Shown here piece after piece: positions 8,371-17,587 of a stretch of DNA of 55,305 nucleotides; position 1 is the stretch's first letter, and every line of letters starts with the position of its first letter. This stretch comes from Candidatus Amesbacteria bacterium GW2011_GWC1_47_15 (GTDB taxonomy: Bacteria; Patescibacteriota; Microgenomatia; CAZETR01; Amesbacteraceae). A program made the translations under genes and the position numbers. The notes below the pieces were generated by a model. The model searched no databases. It saw nothing but the letters and a program-made list of their open reading frames with translations, and was not told the DNA's origin. The stretch covers positions 1 through 55,305 of the forward strand of contig LCNU01000003.1 in the NCBI GenBank assembly GCA_001001375.1. The letters are read 5' to 3'.

Positions 8371-11250
8371 TTAGATCAATTCAACAACGATGTTTTCCCC
8401 GGGAAAAAATTCTGTAGCAAGCGTCTGAATTTTTATTTTTTCTATTAATTCCCGACTGTCCGGTAAAGGTGCCCTCAGACGAATCGGCTGGTCGAGTCTG
8501 GCATTGAGCCGCTTCCGTTCTTCCTGAATCCGACGAATAAGTTCACGTGCTTTACCTTCTTCAACGAGTTCGGAATCTAAGTCTAGGTCTAAGCTGACTG
8601 ATAAATCAGCAGCTTTTTGCCAAACCAGAGATTTGACATTAACTTCGTCCAGGAGCAATTGATTTAATTCCGGCACAAGCGGATCCTGTGGGGAAAATAC
8701 GGTTAATGTCCGAAGCGGCTGACGCACTCGGGTTCCTGATTCTTTCCGGACAGAAAGGGCCTTTTCCACAATTTTGCGCACGTATTTCATATCTTCGACC
8801 AATCGGGTATCCTGTTTACTCATTTTAGATCCAGCAGGCCAAGAAGAAAGATGAACACTTTCCTCCCCTGACAGGTTCCTGTAAATTTCCTCTGAAATGA
8901 AAGGGGTGAACGGGGCAAGCAGCCGGCAGAGGGTGGTGAGCAAGGTATAGAGAGTAAAATGACTGGCCTCTTTGTCCTTTGAATCCTGCGCGGAAGGACC
9001 TACTCTTTCACGGGAACGGCGGACATACCATAGAGAAAGATCAGAAACAAGTTCTTCAATTGTGCGTGATGCAGTATAGGCATCATACTTGTCCAACGAC
9101 TGAGTGACCAGTTTCAACGTTTGGTTTAAACGGACAAGAATCCATCTGTCAAGTATTGAGTAATGAGTTGCGGGTAAGGGGTATTGAGGTCTAAAATTGT
9201 CCAGGTTGGCGTAAGTGACAAAGAAGTTGTACACATTCCACAAAGTCAGAATAAAGCGCCTACGCGTTTCATCGGCTTTTTGATATCCAAAAAGCAGGTT
9301 TGATTCAGGATTTTGAGTAGAAAACATCCAGCGCATAACATCGACACCAATCTTATCCGCACCTTCGTTGAATTCGATCGAATTACCCCAAGATTTGTGC
9401 ATAGGCCGACCGTCCTCTGCCAAAAGTGAAGCAAAACCCAGTACCGTCTTGAATGGGTTGGTTTTGGCCAGTACCGTACCCATCGCTAAAAGGGAATAAA
9501 ACCAATTTTTAAACTGGCCGGGGAAAGATTCGGTGATAAAATCTGCCGGAAACCACCCTGACGGCAGGGTGGAAAAAGATACGATTCCGGCGTCCAGCCA
9601 AGGATTTCCCACATCATGTATCCGCGGAACCGGTTCGCCGCAATCTGTGCATTTGATTTTGACCTCATCAATCCAGGGACGGTGAGGTGAATTTCCCTCA
9701 AATAACTCCCATCCGGATACAGCCCGCGATTTGAGTTCGTCTTTACCACCGATAACTTCAAATTTACCGCACGACGGACACTCATAAACAGGCAGTGCCA
9801 ACCCCCAGTATCGGTTTTTTTTGGAGATCAACCAATCGTGCATATTGTCCAGCCAATCCAATTCCCTATCCAATCCGAAATCCGGCAGCCATTTAATCTT
9901 TTTAGCAACGGAGATCATTTGTTTACGAAGTGTCAGTCCTTTCGCGTGAGTCGGATCCGGTTTATCCATGGCTATATACCATTCCTGAGCAACTTTCCAA
10001 ACCAGTTCGGTTTTGCAGCGCCAGCAGGCAGGATACCGGTGAGTAAAGTTGTGGATATGAAATACCCAGTTTTCGCCTTTACTGTCCTTATCGCTCAAGT
10101 AATCCAATATTATTTCCGGATGTTTTTTGGCGTTTTGTCCCGCCAGCCAATCTAATCCGGGTAAATAATCCGCGTTATCGGCAATTACCTCAATCAATGG
10201 CAGACCTATTTTCTGCCCTAATTTAAAATCCTCCACACCAGCTGAAACTGCCGTATGGACCAAACCCGTCCCTTCCTCTACGCTAATCGGCATTATTCGC
10301 GGGTCGGACGCAACAACGGTATGGAAAAGAGGATGTTCTGAAACTTGCTTTACGGCTAGTAAATCGTCAAAAGGCCCCCGATATTTCAACCCTAACAATT
10401 TTTTACCGGGAACAGTTTTTAAAAGAGCCGCATAGCCGCTTTTGAATACCGTTTCTACCAGATCTTTAGCGACCCAGAAATTAAAACCGCTATTGCCTTT
10501 GACAAGAGTGTAGTCGATTTTCGGATCCACCGTTACCGCGATATTGGCAGGCAGAGTCCAGGGTGTGGTAGTCCACACAAGCAAGAATTCATTTTCACGG
10601 CCGATGACCGGAAGTTTCAGATAAATAGACTTATGAGTAACTTCTTTATAATCCTCGGTCAGCATTTCGTGTTGGGAAATCGCTGTTTCACAACGGGGGC
10701 ACCAGGGAACCGAATCCAGGCCTTTGTAGACCCATCCCCGATCATAGCAAACCTTTAGAAATTGCCAAATTGAATAATTATTTTCGTCTGACATTGTGAA
10801 ATATGATTTATCCCAATCCATGAAATATCCCAAACGTTTACTCTGATCTGTCTGGATTGAGGAATATTTATATACCCTTTCCTTGCATTTGTTGACAAAA
10901 TTGGCGACACCATAATCCTCAATATCTTTTTTGGACTTAAAACCCAAATCCTTTTCCACTTCTACCTCTACCCACAATCCCTGACAATCGAAACCATTTT
11001 GATATCTCTGCTTATACCCCAAATAAGTATAATATCTCTGCCAGAGGTCTTTATACGTCCTTCCCCAGGCATGATGAACGCCCATCGGATTGTTAGCAGT
11101 GATCGGTCCATCCAAAAAGGAAAATGTTTTTTGAGATGAGTCGTTTTTATGGAGATATTTTTCAACTATTCCGGAATCGTACCACCACCTGAGAATCTCT
11201 CTTTCCAAAGCCGGAAAATCAACCTGGGGAGATACCGGTTTAAAGACCAT
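8371..11250 (-). CDS. ileS: Isoleucine--tRNA ligase, type 2 (IleRS2)
   Basis: FLDGPITANNPMGVHH, GFDCQGLWVE, WTTTPWTLPAN, GTGLVH, DWLISK..YWG, PMHKSWGN, RVRQPL; no C-terminal Zn finger. Confidence 0.96.
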   Translation of the reverse strand: MVFKPVSPQVDFPALEREILRWWYDSGIVEKYLHKNDSSQKTFSFLDGPITANNPMGVHHAWGRTYKDLWQRYYTYLGYKQRYQNGFDCQGLWVEVEVEKDLGFKSKKDIEDYGVANFVNKCKERVYKYSSIQTDQSKRLGYFMDWDKSYFTMSDENNYSIWQFLKVCYDRGWVYKGLDSVPWCPRCETAISQHEMLTEDYKEVTHKSIYLKLPVIGRENEFLLVWTTTPWTLPANIAVTVDPKIDYTLVKGNSGFNFWVAKDLVETVFKSGYAALLKTVPGKKLLGLKYRGPFDDLLAVKQVSEHPLFHTVVASDPRIMPISVEEGTGLVHTAVSAGVEDFKLGQKIGLPLIEVIADNADYLPGLDWLAGQNAKKHPEIILDYLSDKDSKGENWVFHIHNFTHRYPACWRCKTELVWKVAQEWYIAMDKPDPTHAKGLTLRKQMISVAKKIKWLPDFGLDRELDWLDNMHDWLISKKNRYWGLALPVYECPSCGKFEVIGGKDELKSRAVSGWELFEGNSPHRPWIDEVKIKCTDCGEPVPRIHDVGNPWLDAGIVSFSTLPSGWFPADFITESFPGQFKNWFYSLLAMGTVLAKTNPFKTVLGFASLLAEDGRPMHKSWGNSIEFNEGADKIGVDVMRWMFSTQNPESNLLFGYQKADETRRRFILTLWNVYNFFVTYANLDNFRPQYPLPATHYSILDRWILVRLNQTLKLVTQSLDKYDAYTASRTIEELVSDLSLWYVRRSRERVGPSAQDSKDKEASHFTLYTLLTTLCRLLAPFTPFISEEIYRNLSGEESVHLSSWPAGSKMSKQDTRLVEDMKYVRKIVEKALSVRKESGTRVRQPLRTLTVFSPQDPLVPELNQLLLDEVNVKSLVWQKAADLSVSLDLDLDSELVEEGKARELIRRIQEERKRLNARLDQPIRLRAPLPDSRELIEKIKIQTLATEFFPGENIVVELI

Positions 11251-11297
11251 GAAGAGATTTTAACAAATTAATAAGGATCTATCTGTCTCACTTGAAT

Positions 11298-11324
11298 AGA
11301 GAATCCTTAAAGGAGTATCCTTTT
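11298..11324. repeat. REP-like paired palindrome upstream of the RAYT
   Basis: AGAGAATCCTT-A-AAGGAGTATCCTTTT; 11310-11324 is identical to 12033-12047. Confidence 0.75.
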
Positions 11325-11331
11325 TATTGAA

Positions 11332-12033
11332 ATGCCGGCAAAGAACGTGCTTAAGCAGTATGTCGATAATGGTTACTATCACCTGTACAATCGGGGAGTA
11401 GAAAAGAGAATAATTTTTTCTGATAAGGAAGATGAAGCGGTGTTTTTATCCTACCTGAAAAATTATCTAATACCTAAAAATACTCTTGAATTGAGTTCGT
11501 TATTAAGTAACAGTAATTCTTTGGCGGTTGAAAAGGCTGAAGCGGTAAGATTGTTAAGGTTAAACAATTTTTCTGCAGAAATCGACTTGTTAGCTTTTTG
11601 TTTAATGCCAAACCATTTCCATTTACTAGTAAAGCAAAACAGTTCCAGATCTATCGAAATGTTTATGCGCTCACTTGGAACAAGATATGTTCAATATTTC
11701 AATCACAAGCATGGAAAAAGGGTGGGGGGACTTTTTCAGGACACATATAAAGCAGCATCAATCGAATCCGAAGAACAACTTTTGCACCTGACTCGGTATA
11801 TACATCTTAACCCTTACATTAAAGCAGTATCCTTAAAGGACTCTCCTCACCCCTCTTCCTATAAAAATTATCTGGGAATAATCAAGCAGAATTGGGTTAA
11901 ACCACAAAAAATATTAGAGCTCTTTTCGAAAACCGGGGTAAATTCTTATGAGCATTTTGTTGAAGGTCATGAATGGGACGCTGATTCTTTGAGTTTTATT
12001 TCGGAAGTTATTTTAGAAAAGGATACTCCTTGA
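11332..12033 (+). mobile_element. REP-associated tyrosine transposase (RAYT/TnpA-REP, Y1 HUH family)
   Basis: YYHLYNRGVEKRIIF, FCLMPNHFHLL (HUH), YFNHKH..GGLFQ, RYIHLNP (catalytic Tyr), SSY; flanked by palindromes; no tnpB. Confidence 0.9.
11822..11848. repeat. Degenerate intragenic copy of the REP-like paired palindrome
   Basis: AAGCAGTATCCTT-A-AAGGACTCTCCTC inside the RAYT CDS, encoding KAVSLKDSP. Confidence 0.6.
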
Positions 12034-12047
12034 AGGAGTATCCTTTT
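12017..12047. repeat. Perfect 15-bp inverted repeat (REP-like; possible bidirectional terminator) spanning the RAYT stop codon
   Basis: AAAAGGATACTCCTT-G-AAGGAGTATCCTTTT; the TGA stop (12031-12033) sits at the apex; it lies between convergent RAYT and ftsZ. Confidence 0.88.
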
Positions 12048-12157
12048 GCCATTTTTTAATACAAACGCTTCTACTCCAGCGGGGTCCCCATTTTTTGCAA
12101 CCCGATTAATTATTTCCAACGCCGTAAGCTTTTATATTATAAGGGATTTTTAATTGA

Positions 12158-13333
12158 TTATTTTCCCTGTCTTAAGAAAGCCGGGATATCCCAATCGTCT
12201 TCCTGGGGTGTATCGTCCGTCTGATCGGCTGGAGGGGCCGGATTGGCCACTGGTGCAGACACCGGTGGATTAGCAGTAGGCTGGTTCCTGGGTTTTTCAC
12301 TGACCAGTCCTGTGGAAATTGGACTGCTGCCCGGCTGGGGCCGCTGTCGGCTCATCATACTGGCCAAACGAGCCCTGGTCTCATCAAAACCGGTGGCAAT
12401 GACGGTAATTCGCATCTGGTCAATGAGTTTTTCGTCTATGGCTGAACCGAAAATGATATTGGCATCCGCATCCGCGGCTTCTGAAATAATCTTGGCCGCT
12501 TCGTCTACTTCCGCCATGGTCATATCCGGTCCGCCAGTGATATTGAAAAGCACGCCTTTGGCACCTTCTATAGACACTTCCAGGAGAGGTGAGGAGATTG
12601 CGGCCCGTGATGCCATTTGTGCACGGTTGTCCCCTACTCCGGTGCCAATACCCATCAAAGCCGAGCCCGCATCTTTCATGATAGATTTCACATCGGCAAA
12701 ATCTACATTGATAAGGCCGGGAACTGTAATAATGTCGGAAATCCCCTGAACACCCTGCGTAAGAACCGAGTCCGCCACTCTGAAAGCTTCCAGCAGCGTC
12801 ATTTTGCGGTCTATGACATCGAGCAGCCGCTGGTTGGGAATGACGATGAGAGTATCAACCTTATCCTTCAGCTTCTCAATACCCTCTTCCGCGTTGACCA
12901 TTCTCCTGGCCCCTTCGAAAGCAAAAGGTTTGGTGACGATCGCAACTGTCAGAGCTCCCAATTCCTTAGAAATTTCAGCAATTATCGGCGCCGCACCCGT
13001 ACCCGTACCTCCACCCATGCCGGAAGTTATAAATACCATATCCGAATCCACAAGAAATTCCTTCACCTTTTCCCGGGATTCTTCTGCCGCCTGGGCGCCG
13101 ATTTCCGGATTGCCGCCCGACCCCAAACCCCGGGTCAGATTATCCCCAATTTGAAGTTTGGTGGTAGCCAGGTTGGTGAGGAGTACCTGGGCATCAGTAT
13201 TTACGACAATAAATTCAACACCCTGAATGGTGCCGCTGTTTATCATGGAGTTTAGCGCATTGCCGCCGCCCCCTCCGACACCTATGACCTTTATCCGGGC
13301 GAGCCTACCCACATCTGGTTTGACTAATGCCAT
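12158..13333 (-). CDS. ftsZ: Cell division protein FtsZ
   Basis: [19 protein letters not shown] tubulin signature, INVDFAD, C-terminal DIPAFLR. Confidence 0.99.
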   Translation of the reverse strand: MALVKPDVGRLARIKVIGVGGGGGNALNSMINSGTIQGVEFIVVNTDAQVLLTNLATTKLQIGDNLTRGLGSGGNPEIGAQAAEESREKVKEFLVDSDMVFITSGMGGGTGTGAAPIIAEISKELGALTVAIVTKPFAFEGARRMVNAEEGIEKLKDKVDTLIVIPNQRLLDVIDRKMTLLEAFRVADSVLTQGVQGISDIITVPGLINVDFADVKSIMKDAGSALMGIGTGVGDNRAQMASRAAISSPLLEVSIEGAKGVLFNITGGPDMTMAEVDEAAKIISEAADADANIIFGSAIDEKLIDQMRITVIATGFDETRARLASMMSRQRPQPGSSPISTGLVSEKPRNQPTANPPVSAPVANPAPPADQTDDTPQEDDWDIPAFLRQGK

Positions 13334-13405
13334 GTTTGATTGTTTTTCTAATTATACGGGCAGAAGCAATCTTACTCTTTCAATTGTTGATTTTAACAGG
13401 GGGAT

Positions 13406-14668
13406 TCAGGGCAGTAAAGTCTTAACCCACTGAGTGATTTTGCCAAAAACATTTTTCACGGGTAATTTGTCTAATGAAGGGAAAGAAATTCCCTTTGAAG
13501 AGTGACTGATGCTCTGATCTTCAAATCGATTACGTGCATATTTGAGCAATCCTACCGACGCAGCAAACGCAGGATTGTCAATATCATCAATAAGTCCCGA
13601 AATACCGGTAGGTTTACCGATCCGCACCGGCATAGCCAAAGTCCTTTTTGCAGATTCAGTAATACCAACTGTCAGTGCGCCGCCTCCGCATAATACCAAT
13701 CCCGATGGGGTAAGTCCGGCCAAGCCGCTTTTTTTGATTTCTCCGGCTATCATTTGAAACATTTCGTTCAGGCGAGGCCGGATAATGCCTTCTGACAAGG
13801 TTTTATTGGATAGAGTTTTGACATCTTCGGGAAGCCGGAGAGAACTGACATCGATTTCATCTTCTTTTGTCTTGACGGTTCCCAAGTGAATCTTGATTTT
13901 TTCTGCACTTTCCAGGGATACCCGCAAACCGGCTGCCAGATCCTTGGTGACATTTATGGCTCCGACCTGCAACACGGCAGAGTAAGACAAGGCGCCTTCC
14001 ACAAAAATAGCAACACTCATAGTCCCCCCGCCGATGTCTACCAATACTACCCCCAATTCTTTTTCGGTATCGGAAAGGACTGCTTCACTTGCGGATAGCC
14101 CCGAAAATACCAAGCCGGCCACGTCGCATCCGACTTCACTGACACATTTTGTAAGATTCTTGATGACGGGTGAAGAACCAATTACGATATGAGTGTCCAC
14201 TTCCAGGCGAACACCTGTCATTCCCACCGGGTCTTTCACGCCCTCCTGACTGTCTACGGTATACTGCCGCGGCAGCACATGAATTATCTCTGAAGAAGTG
14301 GGAAGTGAGACTGCCCGGGCTGCTTCCAACACCCGCCGAACGTCTTCCGGGTTTATTTCCCCGTGAGGCTGGGAAACAGCGACTACACCATGACTGTTGT
14401 GTGAACCGATATGAGGACCGCCGACCGATACCCAGGCTTGCGGTATGTTATATCCGGCCATTCTCTCAGCAGACTCCACAGCTTCTTCTATGGCAGACAC
14501 GGCCTCTTCGATATTCACTATCTGACCCTTACGAACACCTTTGGATACGGAAGACGAAGCACCTACTACATGGAGTTTCTCCGATTCTTCTTCACGATAC
14601 TGGGCGATCAGCGCAGTGATCTTTGAGCTTCCAATATCTATGGCAGAAATAATTTTACTTTTGGCCAT
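13406..14668 (-). CDS. ftsA: Cell division protein FtsA
   Basis: IDIGSSKI, SKGVRKGQIVNI, PVGMTGVRLE, VDIGGGT, GLVLCGGGA, amphipathic C-terminus. Confidence 0.97.
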   Translation of the reverse strand: MAKSKIISAIDIGSSKITALIAQYREEESEKLHVVGASSSVSKGVRKGQIVNIEEAVSAIEEAVESAERMAGYNIPQAWVSVGGPHIGSHNSHGVVAVSQPHGEINPEDVRRVLEAARAVSLPTSSEIIHVLPRQYTVDSQEGVKDPVGMTGVRLEVDTHIVIGSSPVIKNLTKCVSEVGCDVAGLVFSGLSASEAVLSDTEKELGVVLVDIGGGTMSVAIFVEGALSYSAVLQVGAINVTKDLAAGLRVSLESAEKIKIHLGTVKTKEDEIDVSSLRLPEDVKTLSNKTLSEGIIRPRLNEMFQMIAGEIKKSGLAGLTPSGLVLCGGGALTVGITESAKRTLAMPVRIGKPTGISGLIDDIDNPAFAASVGLLKYARNRFEDQSISHSSKGISFPSLDKLPVKNVFGKITQWVKTLLP

Positions 14669-14679
14669 GTGGCTTATCC

Positions 14680-14707
14680 ATTATAACCTCCACTACTGAT
14701 TTTGCAA
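14680..14707 (-). promoter_or_regulatory. Putative sigma70 promoter for ftsA
   Basis: Minus strand TTGCAA (14707-14702), 16 nt, TATAAT (14685-14680), 11 nt before the ATG. Confidence 0.55.
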
Positions 14708-14719
14708 AAACCTGAAATG

Positions 14720-15415
14720 CTAATAAGATACTACGGGGTCAAGAAAGCGTAAATCAATTATTGCCGGTAAGTCGGATTTTATTCTGCCCCGGTCAAATAT
14801 TTTCTGCAGGGCCGGCTGCCATGAATCCACGGGGCGGGCAATATCTATCAGCACTTTTGTACTTGCTCCGACGTGGGCTTCCAATATAGAGCTTTTCAGA
14901 AACCCGACCACACGGGACGGGGAATAAGGACTCAAGATGCTGAGTGCTTTAAGCGCCTGAGTTTCCAGGGGTGATAGCTGTCCCGGGGGGGAAGACAACA
15001 CCAGCAAAGGTAATCCGGAGACAGTGGCCTCACCATATGTCCAACCTTCGTCATCCACGCTGGTAGCTTCCCCCAGAACAGAAGAACTTACGGCGCCGAT
15101 CGGCCTTCTCAGATTCACAGCCAATACCAAGGTGGACGGAAGACGGCGATATACATTCAGGTTTTTGATTTCCGGAAATTTTTTTAGATCATTCCTAATC
15201 TTACTAACCGGCAAGGGTTTGATAAGCGTCCGTCCAACCAACCATGTCAGTTGACCAACGTAATCCGGGGGGCATAAACCAAACTGGGTGTAACATTCCA
15301 CCTCACGTGCGCGAAAAAGCTGTATGCTAAGTATTACTGACAGAAATATGACTGAAATGAATAAAGGTTTTTTACGGGACTTTTTATGAGTGGCATGTGA
15401 TTTGTTTACGTTCAT
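14720..15415 (-). CDS. ftsQ: FtsQ/DivIB-like cell division protein
   Basis: Basic N-terminus, single TM, POTRA-like FPEIKNLNVYRRLPSTL, C-terminal IDLRF; sits between murG and ftsA. Confidence 0.75.
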   Translation of the reverse strand: MNVNKSHATHKKSRKKPLFISVIFLSVILSIQLFRAREVECYTQFGLCPPDYVGQLTWLVGRTLIKPLPVSKIRNDLKKFPEIKNLNVYRRLPSTLVLAVNLRRPIGAVSSSVLGEATSVDDEGWTYGEATVSGLPLLVLSSPPGQLSPLETQALKALSILSPYSPSRVVGFLKSSILEAHVGASTKVLIDIARPVDSWQPALQKIFDRGRIKSDLPAIIDLRFLDPVVSY

Positions 15416-16515
15416 ACAATTTCTGAAAAAATTAATTTCTCCAGTTTATCCTCTGAGCCTGTTTCCAAAACGATGGGTTCCGGACTCAATGTCAACGCTT
15501 CATCTAATTTCCGACTTAAGCTTTCGGGTGACAGGTCCTTTTGCTCCAAGAGGACTGCCTGGCCGGATGATATAAGTATCCGGGCATTGGCATTTTGCTC
15601 ACTGTGAGAAGACTGCGGGATTGGTATCAAGACAGCAGGGATGCCCAGATATGCCAACTCGTAAATAATATGCGCACCCGCCCGGCTGACGACCAACGAG
15701 ACCTGTGAAAGAATGGTTCTTAAATTTTCGGAAGAAATGTAATCGTAGACAAGATATTTAGACTGCTGCTCTAATGTAAGGTCCTTTCTTATTTTTTGAG
15801 CTGTCTTAAAATCGTTAAAAATTGTGGAAGATCCGGTCTGATGAATGATATTATACCGGTGCAGCAAGTCCGGCAATGATGAAAATATGCAATTATTTAT
15901 GGCATGGGAACCCTGTTTGCCGCCGGTAACTAAAACCGTTTTTATTTTTGATGATTTTATCCCGGAGAGATTTTTTAACCTGTCCGCTTTGGCCGCGGTT
16001 ATTTCCGGCCTAAGCGGAAGACCAGTGAGAAGAGTCTTGCCAGGCGGATAGTAAGCCAAACTGGACGGCCAGGAAACCGCAATTTTTCTGGAAAAAAATC
16101 CGATCAGGCGATTTGCGTAGCCAGAAATTGCCGTTTGCTCATGGGTAATCACTGGTATCCCCAAGATCCAAGCCGCAATCACAACAGGTACAGCCAGGTA
16201 TCCGCCAAACGACACCACTCCCTGCGGGTGGATTTTTAACAAAATCCACAGGGCCTGAAAAAATCCCAGCGGAATACGAATTAATTTTAGAGGGTGATAA
16301 GTACGATAGAATTTTCCTGCCCGCAATTCGATGAATTTTATTCCTTCTGAGGCGACTTCCCGGTATTCTGCGGACAAAGCGGTATCTCCCCACATGGAAT
16401 ATCGATGACCAATCCATATAATATTAAGGCCTTTCTTACGCAGCCTGCGTGCCAACACCAAAGCACTGTTGTGATGCCCCCCGGTAATTACAATAGTCTG
16501 ATTATCTTTGCGCAT
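15412..16515 (-). CDS. murG: Lipid II GlcNAc transferase MurG
   Basis: ITGGHH, SFGGYLAVPV, HEQTAISGYANR, TGLPLR, TGGKQGS, VSRAGA, EQNANA. Confidence 0.92.
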   Translation of the reverse strand: MRKDNQTIVITGGHHNSALVLARRLRKKGLNIIWIGHRYSMWGDTALSAEYREVASEGIKFIELRAGKFYRTYHPLKLIRIPLGFFQALWILLKIHPQGVVSFGGYLAVPVVIAAWILGIPVITHEQTAISGYANRLIGFFSRKIAVSWPSSLAYYPPGKTLLTGLPLRPEITAAKADRLKNLSGIKSSKIKTVLVTGGKQGSHAINNCIFSSLPDLLHRYNIIHQTGSSTIFNDFKTAQKIRKDLTLEQQSKYLVYDYISSENLRTILSQVSLVVSRAGAHIIYELAYLGIPAVLIPIPQSSHSEQNANARILISSGQAVLLEQKDLSPESLSRKLDEALTLSPEPIVLETGSEDKLEKLIFSEIV

Positions 16516-17587
16516 TTATACTCCTGGAAATATTAAGCAAAATACCACAAGACATGAGATTTATTACTAATGCCGACCCCCCGTAGGAAATAAAATTCAG
16601 GGGTATCCCAGTTAATGGAAAAAGGGCGGTAATAGCCGATATGTTTAGAAATGCCTGCAGCCCTAAACTGCCTGATAATGCCAGCGCCAGATTTGAAGAA
16701 AAGGGATGGACAGCTGCCTGCGATACCTGCAGAGCGGCCAGGGTTAATATCAGAAAAATAATCAGCAGGGCGGCCGAGCCCAACAATCCCAGTTCTTCGC
16801 TGACTACAGCAAAAATCGAATCGGTGGTGGCTTCCGGTAAAAAATCATATTTTTGCTTTGATTGTCCCAATCCCACTCCTCCTACACCTCCGGATCCGAT
16901 AGCCAAAACCGCCTGACGAATATGATAAGAACTGCCCAGCGGATCCGATGACGGATCGATAAATGACTTAAGCCGTGCCACCCGATAAGGGGCGATTAAT
17001 ATCAATAGCGTGATAGCCATTAGTGCCAGTGGCAGCAAGAGGAAAAAATAACTTAATTTTCCACCGCTACCGAAGTAGGTCACCAGGCTCATCCCGGTAA
17101 TCACCAGACTGGTACCCAAATCGGGCTGCAGCATGATTAATAAAACAATAAAACCCAACATCAGACCAAACTGAAGGATCCTATCCTTTCGTTTCAGAAG
17201 ACTGGCTAAATATATACCCAAGCTCAATTTGGCTATTTCAGAAGGTTGAATTGTGGTGAAACCCAAATTTATCCAGCGGCGGGCTCCAAAATAAGTTGAG
17301 CCGATTCCCGGGAGCAGGACGACAAACAATAAAAATACTGTGCCGATAAGAAAAAGGGCCGCAAATTTTTCTAAACTGCGATGCGGATATTTTGAAGAAA
17401 TCCAAAAAGCCCCGATCCCCACCAGGCTCCAAATTCCTTGTAGCTTTAAATAATACCATTTATCACCAAAATCCCGGAAGGCGGTAACCACGGATGCGCT
17501 GCCGATCATTATGAGCCCAATGAGAGTAAGTCCCAAAGGCAAATAAATTAATAGACGGCGAGATTTGTCCAAAGTTAGGTATTTCAT
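16502..17587 (-). CDS. ftsW: Cell division SEDS protein FtsW
   Basis: GARRWI, IQPSEIAK, QPDLGT, SKQKYDFLPEATTDSIF, TGIPLNFISYGGS; start ATG 17587 overlaps the mraY stop (ATGA). Confidence 0.92.
   Translation of the reverse strand: MKYLTLDKSRRLLIYLPLGLTLIGLIMIGSASVVTAFRDFGDKWYYLKLQGIWSLVGIGAFWISSKYPHRSLEKFAALFLIGTVFLLFVVLLPGIGSTYFGARRWINLGFTTIQPSEIAKLSLGIYLASLLKRKDRILQFGLMLGFIVLLIMLQPDLGTSLVITGMSLVTYFGSGGKLSYFFLLLPLALMAITLLILIAPYRVARLKSFIDPSSDPLGSSYHIRQAVLAIGSGGVGGVGLGQSKQKYDFLPEATTDSIFAVVSEELGLLGSAALLIIFLILTLAALQVSQAAVHPFSSNLALALSGSLGLQAFLNISAITALFPLTGIPLNFISYGGSALVINLMSCGILLNISRSINAQR

Noticed and set aside
8576..8593. TCTAAG TCTAGG TCTAAG hexamers in ileS
   Set aside because: Encodes LDLDLD at a position where IleRS2 normally has an LD-rich motif; explained by the protein sequence.
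11332..12033. Classification as a canonical IS200/IS605 element
   Set aside because: The protein is longer than IS200 TnpA, has RAYT-type NRG/MPNH/HLNP motifs, and there is no adjacent tnpB.
12243..13255. Long plus-strand ORFs (168, 212 and 116 aa) antisense to ftsZ, and similar shadow ORFs elsewhere (e.g. 22904-23389, 32272-32841, 47128-47736)
   Set aside because: They are antisense or alternate-frame shadows of well-conserved genes and contain no recognisable motifs.
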